A DNA stretch of 63,988 nt, counting the filler, from Reticulomyxa filosa (taxonomy: Eukaryota; Protista; Foraminifera), in the NCBI GenBank assembly GCA_000512085.1. It is 14 parts of 14 records of this genome, joined end to end, with 100 filler letters (N's around TTAATTAATTAA, not from the genome) between each part and the next. Parts side by side here need not be neighbours in the genome. Positions count along the whole stretch, not along the records: positions 22,250 to 31,687 come from ASPP01020212.1; positions 31,788 to 33,454 come from ASPP01015496.1; positions 33,555 to 36,918 come from ASPP01021172.1; 11 more parts are not named here. One strand, given 5' to 3'. This document shows, in pieces, positions 22,300-34,299 of the stretch. Below the pieces are notes generated by a model. It saw only the letters and a program-made list of their open reading frames with translations. It made no database searches and had not been told where the DNA came from. Both the position numbers and the translations under genes were made by a program. The stretch's first letter is position 1. Every line of letters begins with the position of its first letter.

Positions 22300-24811
22300 A
22301 AAGACGAACAAAAGGAAACCAAAAAAGATAAATCTCAAAGTGGTAGCAAAACATCTCTCAAGGAAGAGCAAGATATGATTTCACTTAGAGACGAACGCAC
22401 GCAAACACAGGCGCGATCTCGCGCAGCTATGAACTTTGTAAAGAAAAAGGCTTTCTTCGAACGCGCGTTTAAAGGACTCAAATCTTATCATTTGCAACTT
22501 GTCCCTACAAAGAGACTTTATGAAAAAACTTTCAAGATCTCTTCAGTTGAATCTTTTTTTTTTTTTATAAGCATGTTGGACCATCCAAGACAAATGTAAA
22601 TAAACAAACAAACAAACAAAAAATATGTAATCATTAGCTATTGCAAAGTGTGCTGGTAGAAAATATGCTATTCGAACCTCTTGGCACCAAAATGATCAAA
22701 AAGGCCGTGTCTCAAATGTATGCCATCGAACTGCGCAAAGGCGAGCGCATCATTTGCAAAGGCAAACCGAATCAGGCATTTTTTGTCGTTGAAAAAGGCA
22801 GGCTTCGCGGAGACGTGGACGATCCCAGTACCAACACTGATACCAATTCCAATACCAACGCTTCCGCGAACAAACGCGAATACGAGTATTATCAACGCAA
22901 AGACACCTTTGGAGAAAGCGCCTTGTTATGCGGAGAACAGCCCAATTGCACCATTGATGCTTTGGACAGTTGTCGAGTGTGGGCATTGGATGCTGATGTT
23001 TTTATGCAGATCAAAAAAATGCGAACAGAGAAATTGAGGATGTTGCAATCCATTTCCCCTTTTAGTTTTGTATCATATTATATACACATATATGCATATA
23101 TGTGTAATGTAATCAAATGTGATGTACTCTTCTGTGTGGGATATTATTGCTTCAAAATATAGAAAAATGTACGGTGGAACAACTGCAGATCATTTGCGAT
23201 CACTTACGCTGCTTTACTTACTGGCGCGGCGACAAAATAACAACGGAGGGAGAAAATGCTACGTTTTTCCAAATAATAGTTTGTGGCGAAGCAAAAGGAC
23301 TTAAATACAACTCCAAAAAGTGCAAAGAAGTGGTCGTGCAAAAATATGAAGCGAAGGACGGAGGCTCTCCACTGTATTTTGGCGACAAAGAAATCAAATG
23401 TGACTCTGCCCACGAACTAACTGTCAAAGTGACTTCCGACACATTGAAATGCCATGCATTACCGATTACAGTGTTTAAGCAAATTATGGATGAATTGGAA
23501 GAGGAGGAAAAGGACATTGACGTCAATGGACATGGCAGCAGTGGAAGCAGGGACAAGATAAACATTGATGAAAAGAAGTTGACCGATAATGGAGAGGGAT
23601 CAGTCACTGGATCATTACGCGAAGTAACTCCGGAGCCCAAATGTGATCCATTGTCCAAGTTTGTAAATCGTGTAAATTGTTCTCTCAATGATTTGAAACA
23701 AATTGGAATTTTAGGCTCAGGCGCTTTTGGAACAGTCTCTTTGGTGGAAGATGTTACCACTGGCACTACTTATTCTTTGAAGAAAATTCGTAAAAACAAA
23801 GTGGTCGATTGTGCACAAGAAAAACATGTGCTAAATGAACGACAGATTTTAGGCTCCCTTGACAACAACTTTTGTGTCAAGCTTTATGCTACGTATAAGG
23901 ACGCGCTCAATGTATATTTGTTACTTGAGCCTATTTTAGGCGGGGAATTGTTTTACGTACTCCGCTATAATAAACGCTTTAAGGAACCCGTCGCACGTTT
24001 CTTTGCCAGTTGTGTAGTTTGTGCTTTCGAATATATTCACAAAAAAAATTTAATTTTTCGAGATTTGAAGCTCGAAAATTTGCTGGTGGCGAGCAATGGT
24101 TATTGTAAATTAATTGATTTTGGCTTTGCCAAAGTCCAGAATGAGTTACATAGCCTACTTTTAAAAGAGTAATATACATATACATATATACGTATATGTA
24201 CATTATACAAACAAAAGTGTTTGATGAATACGTGTCTGCTCTTTATATAGATCGTGCACATTATGTGGAACTGCTGAATATCTTGCGCCGGAGACTATCC
24301 AATCATTACGGCAAGAAGCTACGGTCGATTGGTGGGCCTTGGGCATCCTCATCTACGAAATGTTACTTGGAGTCCCTCCTTTTCGTCAAGATGGCTATGT
24401 CAAAATGTATGAAAAAATACTAACTTCACCAATCGAATTTCCCGAACGTCCTGCAATTTCCATCGAGGCGCAAGATGTCATTTCTTCATTACTAAAAAAA
24501 CAACCGCAAAAGCGCCTTGGAAGTGGCAATCGTGGTGCAAGAAATGTACAAGCACATCCATGGTTTCAAGTATGTAATAGCAAACATGCACTTTACTTGT
24601 AAATTTCTTTACTTTTTTTTGTGATTGTCCATTCTCACAGAATATCGATTGGAGAAAAACGAAGACACAACAATCACCAGCTCCATATATTCCACATATC
24701 AAGGATAATTACGATATGCGTAATTTTGAATTTCTCAATATCAACGACGTCGAAGAAGCGCTCCTAGATGATCCAGCAGGAGAAATCTATGGTTGGTGCG
24801 ATGAATTTTAA
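22300..24811 (+). CDS. PKG/PKA-like AGC kinase with two cNMP-binding domains (5 exons seen; 5' incomplete)
   Basis: FFVVEKG..FGESALL; FFQIIVCG..YFGD; GSGAFGTV, RDLKLEN, DFGFAK, TLCGTAEYLAPE, C-terminal GWCDEF*. Introns 22546-22637, 23065-23162, 24145-24250, 24570-24640. Confidence 0.9.
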
Positions 24812-25539
24812 ATAATTGATTTAATAGAGGCGACCATGGATTGCTTTCATTAATAAAGAGGTAAAATATTGATCGTCACCCAAACTGTTTGGTTGCAAAA
24901 AGGAATAAGGGAGAGGGCTTTTTCCTGTTGTTTGTGGTGATTTTTTGTTGTATTTGGCTATAAGTGTTTTTATTTGTTTGTTTTTTATTTGTTTGTCTGT
25001 TTGTTTTTTATTTTTTTTTGTCCATTTTTTAAAAACTGTTTGGAGAAAAGAAAAATGCTGAGGGTGTGTATACGTTGTTTTTCTTTTTCTTGTTTTTTCT
25101 GGGTTTTTTTTTCGTTTTGCTTTGAACCAGTGTATTTACACTTTCGCATTTGACATGTTTTGATTTGTCATTGAATGTGATGTGTAGTCGCGATGGTGAT
25201 CTTTCTTTAATGTGTTGTTCTTTCCTTATTTTGCTTTTTTTCTGCAGTTTTATTGAAAAAATTACAAAAATCGAAAAGAAATTGATATCACTTTTTTGAA
25301 TACATTTTTTTGTAAAAGGTGATATTATTAATGAGATTTTTAAATGACATAATGATATATTACCATAAAATAGATTATTATAAACTTTGCAATTGTATTT
25401 AATCAAAATTTCAAATCAATGTAATCTCTTTTCCTCTTAAAAAATGTCATTTTTATTCAAAGTTAAAATTCAAATTATTTTATTTCTTTTTTTTTAATTA
25501 ACATTTATGTGAAATCGTTTTAGCTTACTTGTCGAGATC

Positions 25540-26009
25540 TAAATTACCTTTGAAAAGCAGTCTTGGGATGTAGTAAAATAGCAAATTTCGTGGTTCGTGT
25601 CAATGACGCAGGACTCCGCTACGGTCAGTGTGGCCATCTTTATGGAACTTATGAGCTTAGTCGATGAATATATACATATTCACATAGTTTTTTCGAATAA
25701 GTTTTTTGAGTTGTACAAGATTTCTTTAGCTGAGCAAGCAATCGATTGTCATAAAGACTGTACGTCCAATTTTATGGGTATGCGCTCACTTCACAATGTT
25801 CACAAGAACTCGAGCAATATGACCTGATGAGTGATGACGAATGTGGACGCGTCGTTATACGTAAAGTCTATTATTTCGTTGTATTTAATGAACGAAAACA
25901 CGTTGACATAATATACAATCCGATCTTTTTCGAGGAACGACGTTGAAAATATCATATACACATCTACATTTAAGGACAAATTAAAATTGCACATTATGAA
26001 GACTACCAA
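25540..26009 (-). pseudogene. Decayed coding-like segment of unknown family
   Basis: Higher-GC island. The frame of ORF 25800-26009 continues as protein-like sequence through several stops. Confidence 0.25.
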
Positions 26010-26853
26010 TTTTCTAAGTCATAGATTAACTTTTTTCAAATCTTTCAAGTGTTTCAAAATGCATTTCATTTTTTTCTACAATTTTTTGCTAATCGCAAAC
26101 ATTTTAATTATTTTCTAATATTATCATTTTGATTATTGATTTTTAAACAAATATTTATGTTATTCTCAGTTTGTACATGAAATGAATGAATCTTTTGATT
26201 TATTTGAACTATTTGTATTAGTCATTAAAATTATTTTTTCGGACATAATCACTTATTAATGTAAACAATGCAATCTAGTAAATTAAGTAGCAATACAAAA
26301 AAAAAAGAATGCACAAACAAAACTAAAATAAAAGAGCAATATTTATGTTTGTTTTTCTTTTTTCGCTAGCAAAAATGCATAAGCATATTTCCAACAAGTC
26401 CATCTTAAGTTTATTTTACACGATTTAATATATTATACGTATTATTTTAAATATAAATATTTATAAAATTTGCTTTTTCATTCACAAATTTGAATATATA
26501 AAATAAAAATAAGATGCAAATAAAAAGCATAAAAAGAGCTATTGCACGAAGAACAGCGCAAAAAAATTTAAAAATTAAATTTAAATTCCAAAAAAAATGA
26601 ATAATTTTCAGATAATATTTTATGTTCATTTTTTTGCAGCTTAATGCCGTTTTTTAAATTGTTTGTGCTAAAGAACGAGTACCATTTTAATCAATTTGTG
26701 AAAAATTTTTTATAAAAGAATAGAAGCGGATGTGAATTATATGATTGTTTATTTCGGGATATTCTTGAATTGATCAAAAAGAATTCCATTAAATATCCAG
26801 GTTTATTTTTTGAATTCTTGCAAAAAAAATTGTGGACAAAGAAATTATTTTAG

Positions 26854-28085
26854 TTAGTCTCCTAAATTATAGTCTTTCCATTTGTCATCACATTCTTTCA
26901 AAATATCAACCCCAATGAGCGATTTTCCTACTCGACTTAATTTTTTTAAGTCATTTTGTGGTAATTGCTTTGGCTTCCCTGTTGACCGTCCTCCCAAAAT
27001 CTTGCACTGTGTCGGCCAATGTGAACAAGTTTGATTATTGAGAAAGGCATTCACTCTTTCCTGAATAATTTGTCCTTTGTTATACCGGTTCAATAAAGAT
27101 TTTGGAGCAAAAGTGACCATTGATGCTGCTCTTAACAGCTTTGGTTTACTAGCATTGTCATCCTCTTTGGTTTCTGTTTCCAATGTTTGGCTTTGATCAT
27201 TACTTTTTTGAGTTTGTTGATCAGGGAGTATGTCAATCGCAGGACTGCTGCAATGGACTAAGCGACTGTCCCAAATGAACAGATCCCCTTTTTCAAGACA
27301 TATTAACCACTTTTCACGTGAAAAAATGGCTTTGCAGTGATGAGGAACCTCGATATAGTCCGAAGGTCTTGAACAATAGGGACCCATTGTCTGATGTCCA
27401 ATTTGCACAAAAAATTCACACATATATCGTATGCGTATATATGCACATATATGTTTTTTGCAGTGCAAACTTTGACAATATCTTGTTGTGTCGTTGGAAT
27501 TACTGTTGTACCACCAGTGTATTGGTTCTGATCATAAAGGGTTACGTATCCTTGATAGCTGCACAACTTCGGCTTCATAATGACATTTTGGTCGATGTGA
27601 TACCATCCCCCTACTGTTTTCCATTGGGTCCTTTGCTTCCAAGGACGAAATATTGCGAGTCCGTCCATTGATACCAACAAATCTTCATAGCTGTTCACCT
27701 CCCACAGCTTCACAAATGCGTCCAACACACTTGGCCTTGTTCTTATGTACCATTGAAAATCAGATTGACCGGCGCCAAAGTTCCAAACTAATCCTGACAA
27801 CAGGCACCCAGGAAAAATATTTTCTTTCCATGTTGATATGTCGTCTTGTTTCATTCCACATTGTGACAAAAACTTCCACAGATTCTTTTCTGCTTCTGCA
27901 AGTTCGACTTCAGACAGAACATTTTTCAATGCTACAAATCCATTCTTGTTTAAGTAGTCACGAGCCTCGTTATTTAAGGAAGCAAACCGATATGGAGCTT
28001 CTGCGGTATTAAAGAAACGAAGATTTTCGGGATTTAAGTTGTTTTCGCTGTTTTTTGATTGTAGATTAGTATTAGTTACTTGCAT
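26854..28085 (-). CDS. Phytanoyl-CoA dioxygenase (PhyH)-family Fe/2OG dioxygenase, 2 exons
   Basis: YLNKNGFVALKNVL, WYHIDQ (HxD), TGGTTVIP, KGDLFIWDSRLVH. Intron 27391-27470. Confidence 0.9.
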
Positions 28086-28756
28086 TTTTCTTAATTCTTT
28101 TTTTGTCAGCACTTTAGGGCCTTAATTTTAACTGAGTTTTGATTGTTTTTATCAAATGTAAAATAGTTTAAATGTGTGCAGCCTCTAATATCTTGTCATT
28201 CGTTTTTTTGTATGCTGGTAGCACATTAACTTCGTCATAAATATTTGAATTGGAAAAAAGGAGTTATTCTCAAATAAATCGCAGGTGCTCAATTTTTACA
28301 ATCCATTAAAATGTTTCTTCTTTGCTTTTTCCTCCCAGTTCTCCAATAAATTATGTGCAAACCAATGAAAACATAGGTTGTGTTTAAAAAAAGTTTCATT
28401 TGACTGAGGTCTCCCGGTTATTCCTTGCTGTCCCTCCTCCAGAAAGCAAAAAAAAAAACGAACATGTCACAAACTAACAATTAAAATTGGGACAAAGATG
28501 ACAAGAATGTACTCCACATCAATTTACTCCACTCCTTCCAACACAATCAAAATAAGCAAATGTTGGAACACACCAATACCGTTAACAAAAATAAATGTTT
28601 CCAATGACAGACAATTTAAAATATTCCTCTAGGGAGCCGGATCTGACCCAACCTTTTTGTATCTAGATTTATGCGCACAAACAAACAAAACAAAACAAAA
28701 CAAAACAAAATATTTTGAACATTGATCTAAACAGTAATCAAGTATGTTTTTTTTTT

Positions 28757-31587
28757 TTAATATATTTTTATATTTTTTAAAAATAATTTGATTTTATCTT
28801 TTATTAGCCCTTTATGTATTACCAATAATTCTATGATCCCACTCTGGCAGTCTTTGTTTGTGTCCGCACCCACTAACATCCACTTTGAACCATTCCTCCG
28901 TATTTTTTTCTCTGTATTGTTGTTGTTGTTGTTATTGAAATTGTTGGCACTATTAATAGTAGAAGCAGTATTAATAGCTCCATTTCGATCATTCCTTACT
29001 GTTGAAATTGGTAGAATATCCATTTCACCCCCAATTCGACGCTGACTCGGTGGTGGAATTGGCATACCCGAGTTCAAACTCCCAAAATTTCCAAATCCTC
29101 CCGACATTGTCAAATCAGTTGTAAATACCAGCCTCTTATCCGTTCGTGTGTTTTGATTATAATTCAAATGGTAATTCGAATTAAATGAATTCATATTCAG
29201 CGGAAAATGTGTAACTTCACGTCGTTGTTCATTTTTTGGAGGCAACACTGCTTCATCGCTCTTTTTCTCTTCAGCTTTTTTTTCTTCTTTGGAGTTACTC
29301 TTTTCTTCAGTACGCTTGGCAAATTTTTCCACCAATTTTTTGGGCAACACATTTTTCGTAAAAATTTTGTTCAAATCATTGACTCCACTTTCATCAATGC
29401 AAACATTATTTTGCAAATGAATTTCACACAAATTGCAATCTTCGTAATATTTTTCGAAAAAGTTCAATATGGATTTACACGTTTGATTCGAAATGCTTGT
29501 GTGAGACAATCGAATGACTTGCAATTTTTTGCATATTTCTCCAATGGCTGTCAACAAAAATGTCATACATTCGTCACTGATATCTTTATTCCAATGCAAA
29601 TGTAACTCTCCTAAATTTGAAACATACGAATTCTTTGGAATAAAAGATCCTTTCTCCAAAGACTGTAGTTTCGCGCCATCGCCTTTCTTTTCCTTGCCTC
29701 GTTCTTTTTCATCTTCTTCTCCATTATTGTCCAACCATTCCTCTTCTTCGTCTTCATCCTCGCACGTATACGGAAACAATATACTGCTGGAAGGGTCGTA
29801 TTGTTTTCTCGAGAGCGCCTTTTCAATTGCACTTGCATTCCATGTTCGACTTTGGTTCTCGCGAGGGCAGATAGGCTCCAGTTTTAGTTTCAATTTTTTT
29901 TTGGAGTCTGTTTCCGTTTCACTTTCCTCCATCATTGTTTCCTCTTCTTCTTCTTCTTCTTCTTCTTCTTCTTCTGTTTCATCCATATCCAATTCCATGT
30001 CCGAGGTTTCCTCCCCGTCTATTTTTGTTTTGTTTACTTTTTTGACTTATTGATTTTTTTTTTTTTTTTTTTTTGTTTTTTTTAAGCAGAAAAAAAACAG
30101 AGAGAGAAAAAAACTTACGTTGTAACAAGACAGCAGATGGAGTCCTATCTGTGACATCACTTTGATGTGATTTCTTATCTATTGGTTGCACACTACTTGT
30201 CACATGCAACACATACAACAACAACAGTATTTTAACCACTGCAAAAAAAAGTCCTCTTAATGTTCGCCCTCTTTTTTTTTTTTTTTTGGGAAAAAAAGAG
30301 GAAAAAAAATGGAGTACAAACAGTCCTGCACCATATACACACATCGCAAGAGGTGGAACTCAAAACTGTGAGAAGAGGCTTTGCTGAGATAATTTCTTTG
30401 GAACTGAACCGAATTGCGTGATGGAAAACCTATTGCCGGTGTTGTTGTTGCGATTGTCGTTTGCATTACTAACTCTGGTCGTGCGAATGGAAGGCGGAGT
30501 TTTGTAATGCTGTTCCGAGCGATTGGTGGACAGCAAAGGAGCCGCCAAGTGTGAACAGCCCATAATAAGCGGAGAAAGGCTGTGAGGAGAAGAAGTTGCG
30601 GATACATTGGTCGGAGTTTTGTCGACAGTTTTATCTAAATCGTCGATATCCTGTAAGTCAGTATCATCATCATTACTATTGTTATTGTTATTGTTATTGT
30701 TATTGTTATTGTTTGCATTATTATTATTATTATTACTGCTACCACCACTACAATTACAATTATTGGTCTCATTCCCAGGGACACTCTTGGCTGGAGTCAG
30801 AAATCTCAATTGTTCCTGATTGTCGTCACTCCAAACCTCCCACATGTTATTTTGACTGCTTCGCACGGTATGCAATAACCATGGACTTTGCCTACCAATT
30901 TTATCGGCGTCAATATCCTCATCCACTTCATCTTCTGTCTCATCTTCATTGTTCATGTCTACACCTCTTTCCTGCTCCATCAATACACTGTGGAAACTAC
31001 ACAGATTGTCTTTATGAACGGTCCTGGAGGTGTCATGGCCCCCACTCCGAGTGCCTATTCCATTTTCGACATGTTCGAAACATACACATATTTGACATTA
31101 CGTATATATTTACATACGTGTATGCACATGTATCTATATGTATATGCCAAAAATCATGTTAAATAGAAATACAAATACAGAAATAAATATATGTTCATAC
31201 GTACGTATATACGTATATGATATGTAGTTTGTCTATGTGCCCTATGAAATATGCATAGTACATAAGATCAACAAAAATACCCTAAAATAAATAAATAAAA
31301 AAAGAAAGTATTTGATTCAAATAACTCATAGGAGTGGAAGGTTTGGATAAAAGCCTTCCTTTTTTTTTCGTAATGGATTTCTCTTCCTCACTGTCACTGG
31401 ATGTTGTCACAGCTTCTTCCGCGTCGGTTTCTTTGTGTTTTTTTTTGTCGCACTCGTAACACTTTTTGCTCCTTTCATTCATTGACTTCTGTGGAGACAT
31501 CGACGTCGGCGAGGCCAAATCCAAGGCGTCCACAGATTGGCATGTGCTACTCTGTGAAGTTACTGGTTCCATGAGATTGGGGATCAA
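28757..31587 (-). CDS. Multi-exon protein with acidic/Asn-rich regions and RNI-like leucine-rich repeats; boundaries approximate
   Basis: LGELHLHWNKDISDE, LQVIRLSHTSISNQ, LCEIHLQNNVCIDES in ORF 28757-29998. Upstream exons at 30360-30983 and 31282-31587. Confidence 0.55.
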
Positions 31588-31648
31588 GGGAATAAGCTAA
31601 GTCATAACAGCAGCAACAAAAAAAAAAAAAAAACTCTTCAAAAACTCT

Positions 31649-31687
<39 letters not shown>

Positions 31688-31787
31688 NNNNNNNNNNNNN
31701 NNNNNNNNNNNNNNNNNNNNNNNNNNNNNNNTTAATTAATTAANNNNNNNNNNNNNNNNNNNNNNNNNNNNNNNNNNNNNNNNNNNN

Positions 31788-32817
31788 CAGACGAAGCAAC
31801 AAGAGTCAAAGCAAAGAGAGGAAGAAGAGCGAAACACGTTAATAAAAGATCTTAGAGAGTGGACACCGCCAAACAACTACCGCATAAGAACAAAACAGCT
31901 GAAAAGGAACTTTATAAAGAATAGCGACACGAATGAATATTACGCAAAAATGATAGAGAAGAAGATTGCATTTAAGCAAGGAAGAGATAAAAACGTGCCC
32001 AAGATCGCAAATGATTTTGTACAAGAATTGTTAGAGGCATCACAGAATGAAGACAGATGTCCATTCCGACGAGTGTATGGAGTAGTATTGGGAGGAAGTT
32101 TGCAAAAGAGATTGGCAATCCGACATAAGTTTGATGGAGACATAGTATTTTTATTTCATCTAAAAAAGAAGTATCAAAACGATCATTATAAACATGCGCA
32201 AAGAGTGCAAAGAGAGATATTGACGTGGATATCAGATAGAGTGAATAAAAAAGCGAAAGAAGTGGCGAAAGATCAGAGGAATAATTTCCGAATTATAAGT
32301 AATCCAAATCGAAATATGACGATCGAGTATGAGGGATGTGAGTATGATATCTTGGTGGCATTTACGTATGAAGTGCGTTTGTATTGTCAGTTTAATTACA
32401 AAGGAGATAAAGAGCATATCTATCTGTTGGAAGACGAAGAGTTGGAAAGGATTGCCCAAGACCTGTTTGATCACCACGGTAAGTATAAAAAAGCGATTGA
32501 AGATGCGCAGATGGAAGAGTTTCCAAATCAAGGGGACATTGATTTTTTGGGTCGTAACATGAGTGCTTCATTGACACTCTTGAGCACGTACTATGTGAGA
32601 GAGACATTCATTGGCAAGGAGACACGTCTTGCCATTTTGCTGCTCAAGGCCTGGAAACAGTATCTACTTCGCAAAGGCACCGAAAAACTTATCAAAAGCA
32701 TCAGTATTGAAATGCTTTGTGTCTATGCCAAACATATCATCAAGGAAGGCCAATTAAAAAACACTAACAATAACGATAACAAGGATGACACTGATCATGA
32801 TAATAATGATGATGATG

Positions 32818-32878
<61 letters not shown>

Positions 32879-33454
32879 CGATGATGATGATGACGATGAT
32901 AATGACGCAGAGATCACCGTCTTAGACATTGTTCAACAATGTCTGCTCTTGCTCATTTATATTGGCGAGCAAGCCAAAACATCCAGGCCGTCCATGCTTG
33001 TGTGGCCTTTCGAGGAAACTCCCAACGAAACTTTGATCACGCGCGATAGGTCACCAAATGGATTAAAGGCAAGAAACGTCTACTTTGAAAGGCCCGCCCC
33101 TTCTCATGGACAATATCATCTTACGTTTCGTGTGGGTTACACAGGGGAACACACAAATTTTTTTCTGCTTTAAAAAAAAAAAAAAAAAACAAGAGTAGAG
33201 GGAGGGAGAGAGTAAAAAGAAAAAAAAAAAAACTCCAAAAAAAAAACTCCAAAAAAAAAAAAATAAATAATAAAATAATAATAAAATAATTACAGAAAAT
33301 GTTGAAAGAGATGCAACAGTAAGTACTTGGCAAGAGTTGGCCGATCAAGCCAGAATTGCCTTGGACTACTTGATGACGAATGATCCTAATATATGGATTG
33401 ATTCTTTAATGTTTTGCGGCAAAAAGACTTCATGTTATTTGTACACACAAAAAA
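31788..33454 (+). CDS. 2'-5'-oligoadenylate-synthetase-like (OAS/cGAS/CD-NTase superfamily) nucleotidyltransferase with intact catalytic motifs; both ends truncated
   Basis: GGSLQKRLAIRHKFDGDIVFL (GGS 32091-99, DGD 32133-41), EYDILVAF (Asp 32346-48), RLAILLLKAW, SISIEMLCVYA, LLMDNIIL|QNV...TWQELADQARIAL. Intron 33125-33295. The frame is open from the contig start. Confidence 0.8.
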
Positions 33455-34299
33455 NNNNNNNNNNNNNNNNNNNNNNNNNNNNNNNNNNNNNNNNNNNNTT
33501 AATTAATTAANNNNNNNNNNNNNNNNNNNNNNNNNNNNNNNNNNNNNNNNNNNNAGAGGGGAGAGGGGAAGAAAGATAAAAAGTGCAAATGAGATTGGAC
33601 ATGATTATAGAAGGGAAATAGGGGGAGGGGGAGGAGGAGGAGAGAGGATGACCAACTTTTAATCCAATATGCAATCCTTTAAAAAAAAATTTTAAATTCT
33701 TACATTTTGCATATTTCAAAAGAGTTGGAGATGCACATGCAAGTGACGATTTTTGATTTAATGAATGCATTTGAATGAATGTATGTTTGTGTGTGTATGG
33801 GGGGCTGTTTGGACAGTTGCTGACAAAGGCTGCACTACGTTGATGAAATCGATTCATTCAGTTTTTTTGCTACACATTGCGACATATATGTATCTAGACA
33901 CACATGTGTATATGTTTTTATGTGTATTCCTTTTTCTTTGTTTCGTGTTTTTCTTTAAGTCATTACAAAAACCTGCTAAAAAAAAAAACAATGAATAGAA
34001 AATGCTCAACGGTAGTTCGTATTTGGCAAATGTTCGAACAAAGTATGAAAAAAAAAATGGAATTCATAGAAAAGATGAGTGTATGCAGTTTAGTTCTAGT
34101 CACATCATTGCCAATGTGAGGGCAAGCAAAATAGATTTGAGTATTATGCACAAATAAATAAATACAAAAAAAAAAAAAAAAAAAAGTAAATGAATATATA
34201 TAAATATCCAAATGCAAATATGAATATAAATATTTATATTTATATTTATATGTATAATTTACTTATCTTTCTCTTCATTTTTTTTTTTTCTCACTACGT

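Noticed and set aside
3558-33454. A physically clustered 'defence island' (RSH-ankyrin, two OAS-like genes, caspase, TRAF)
   Set aside because: The genes sit on four different contigs separated by linkers; only the caspase and TRAF copies are truly adjacent.
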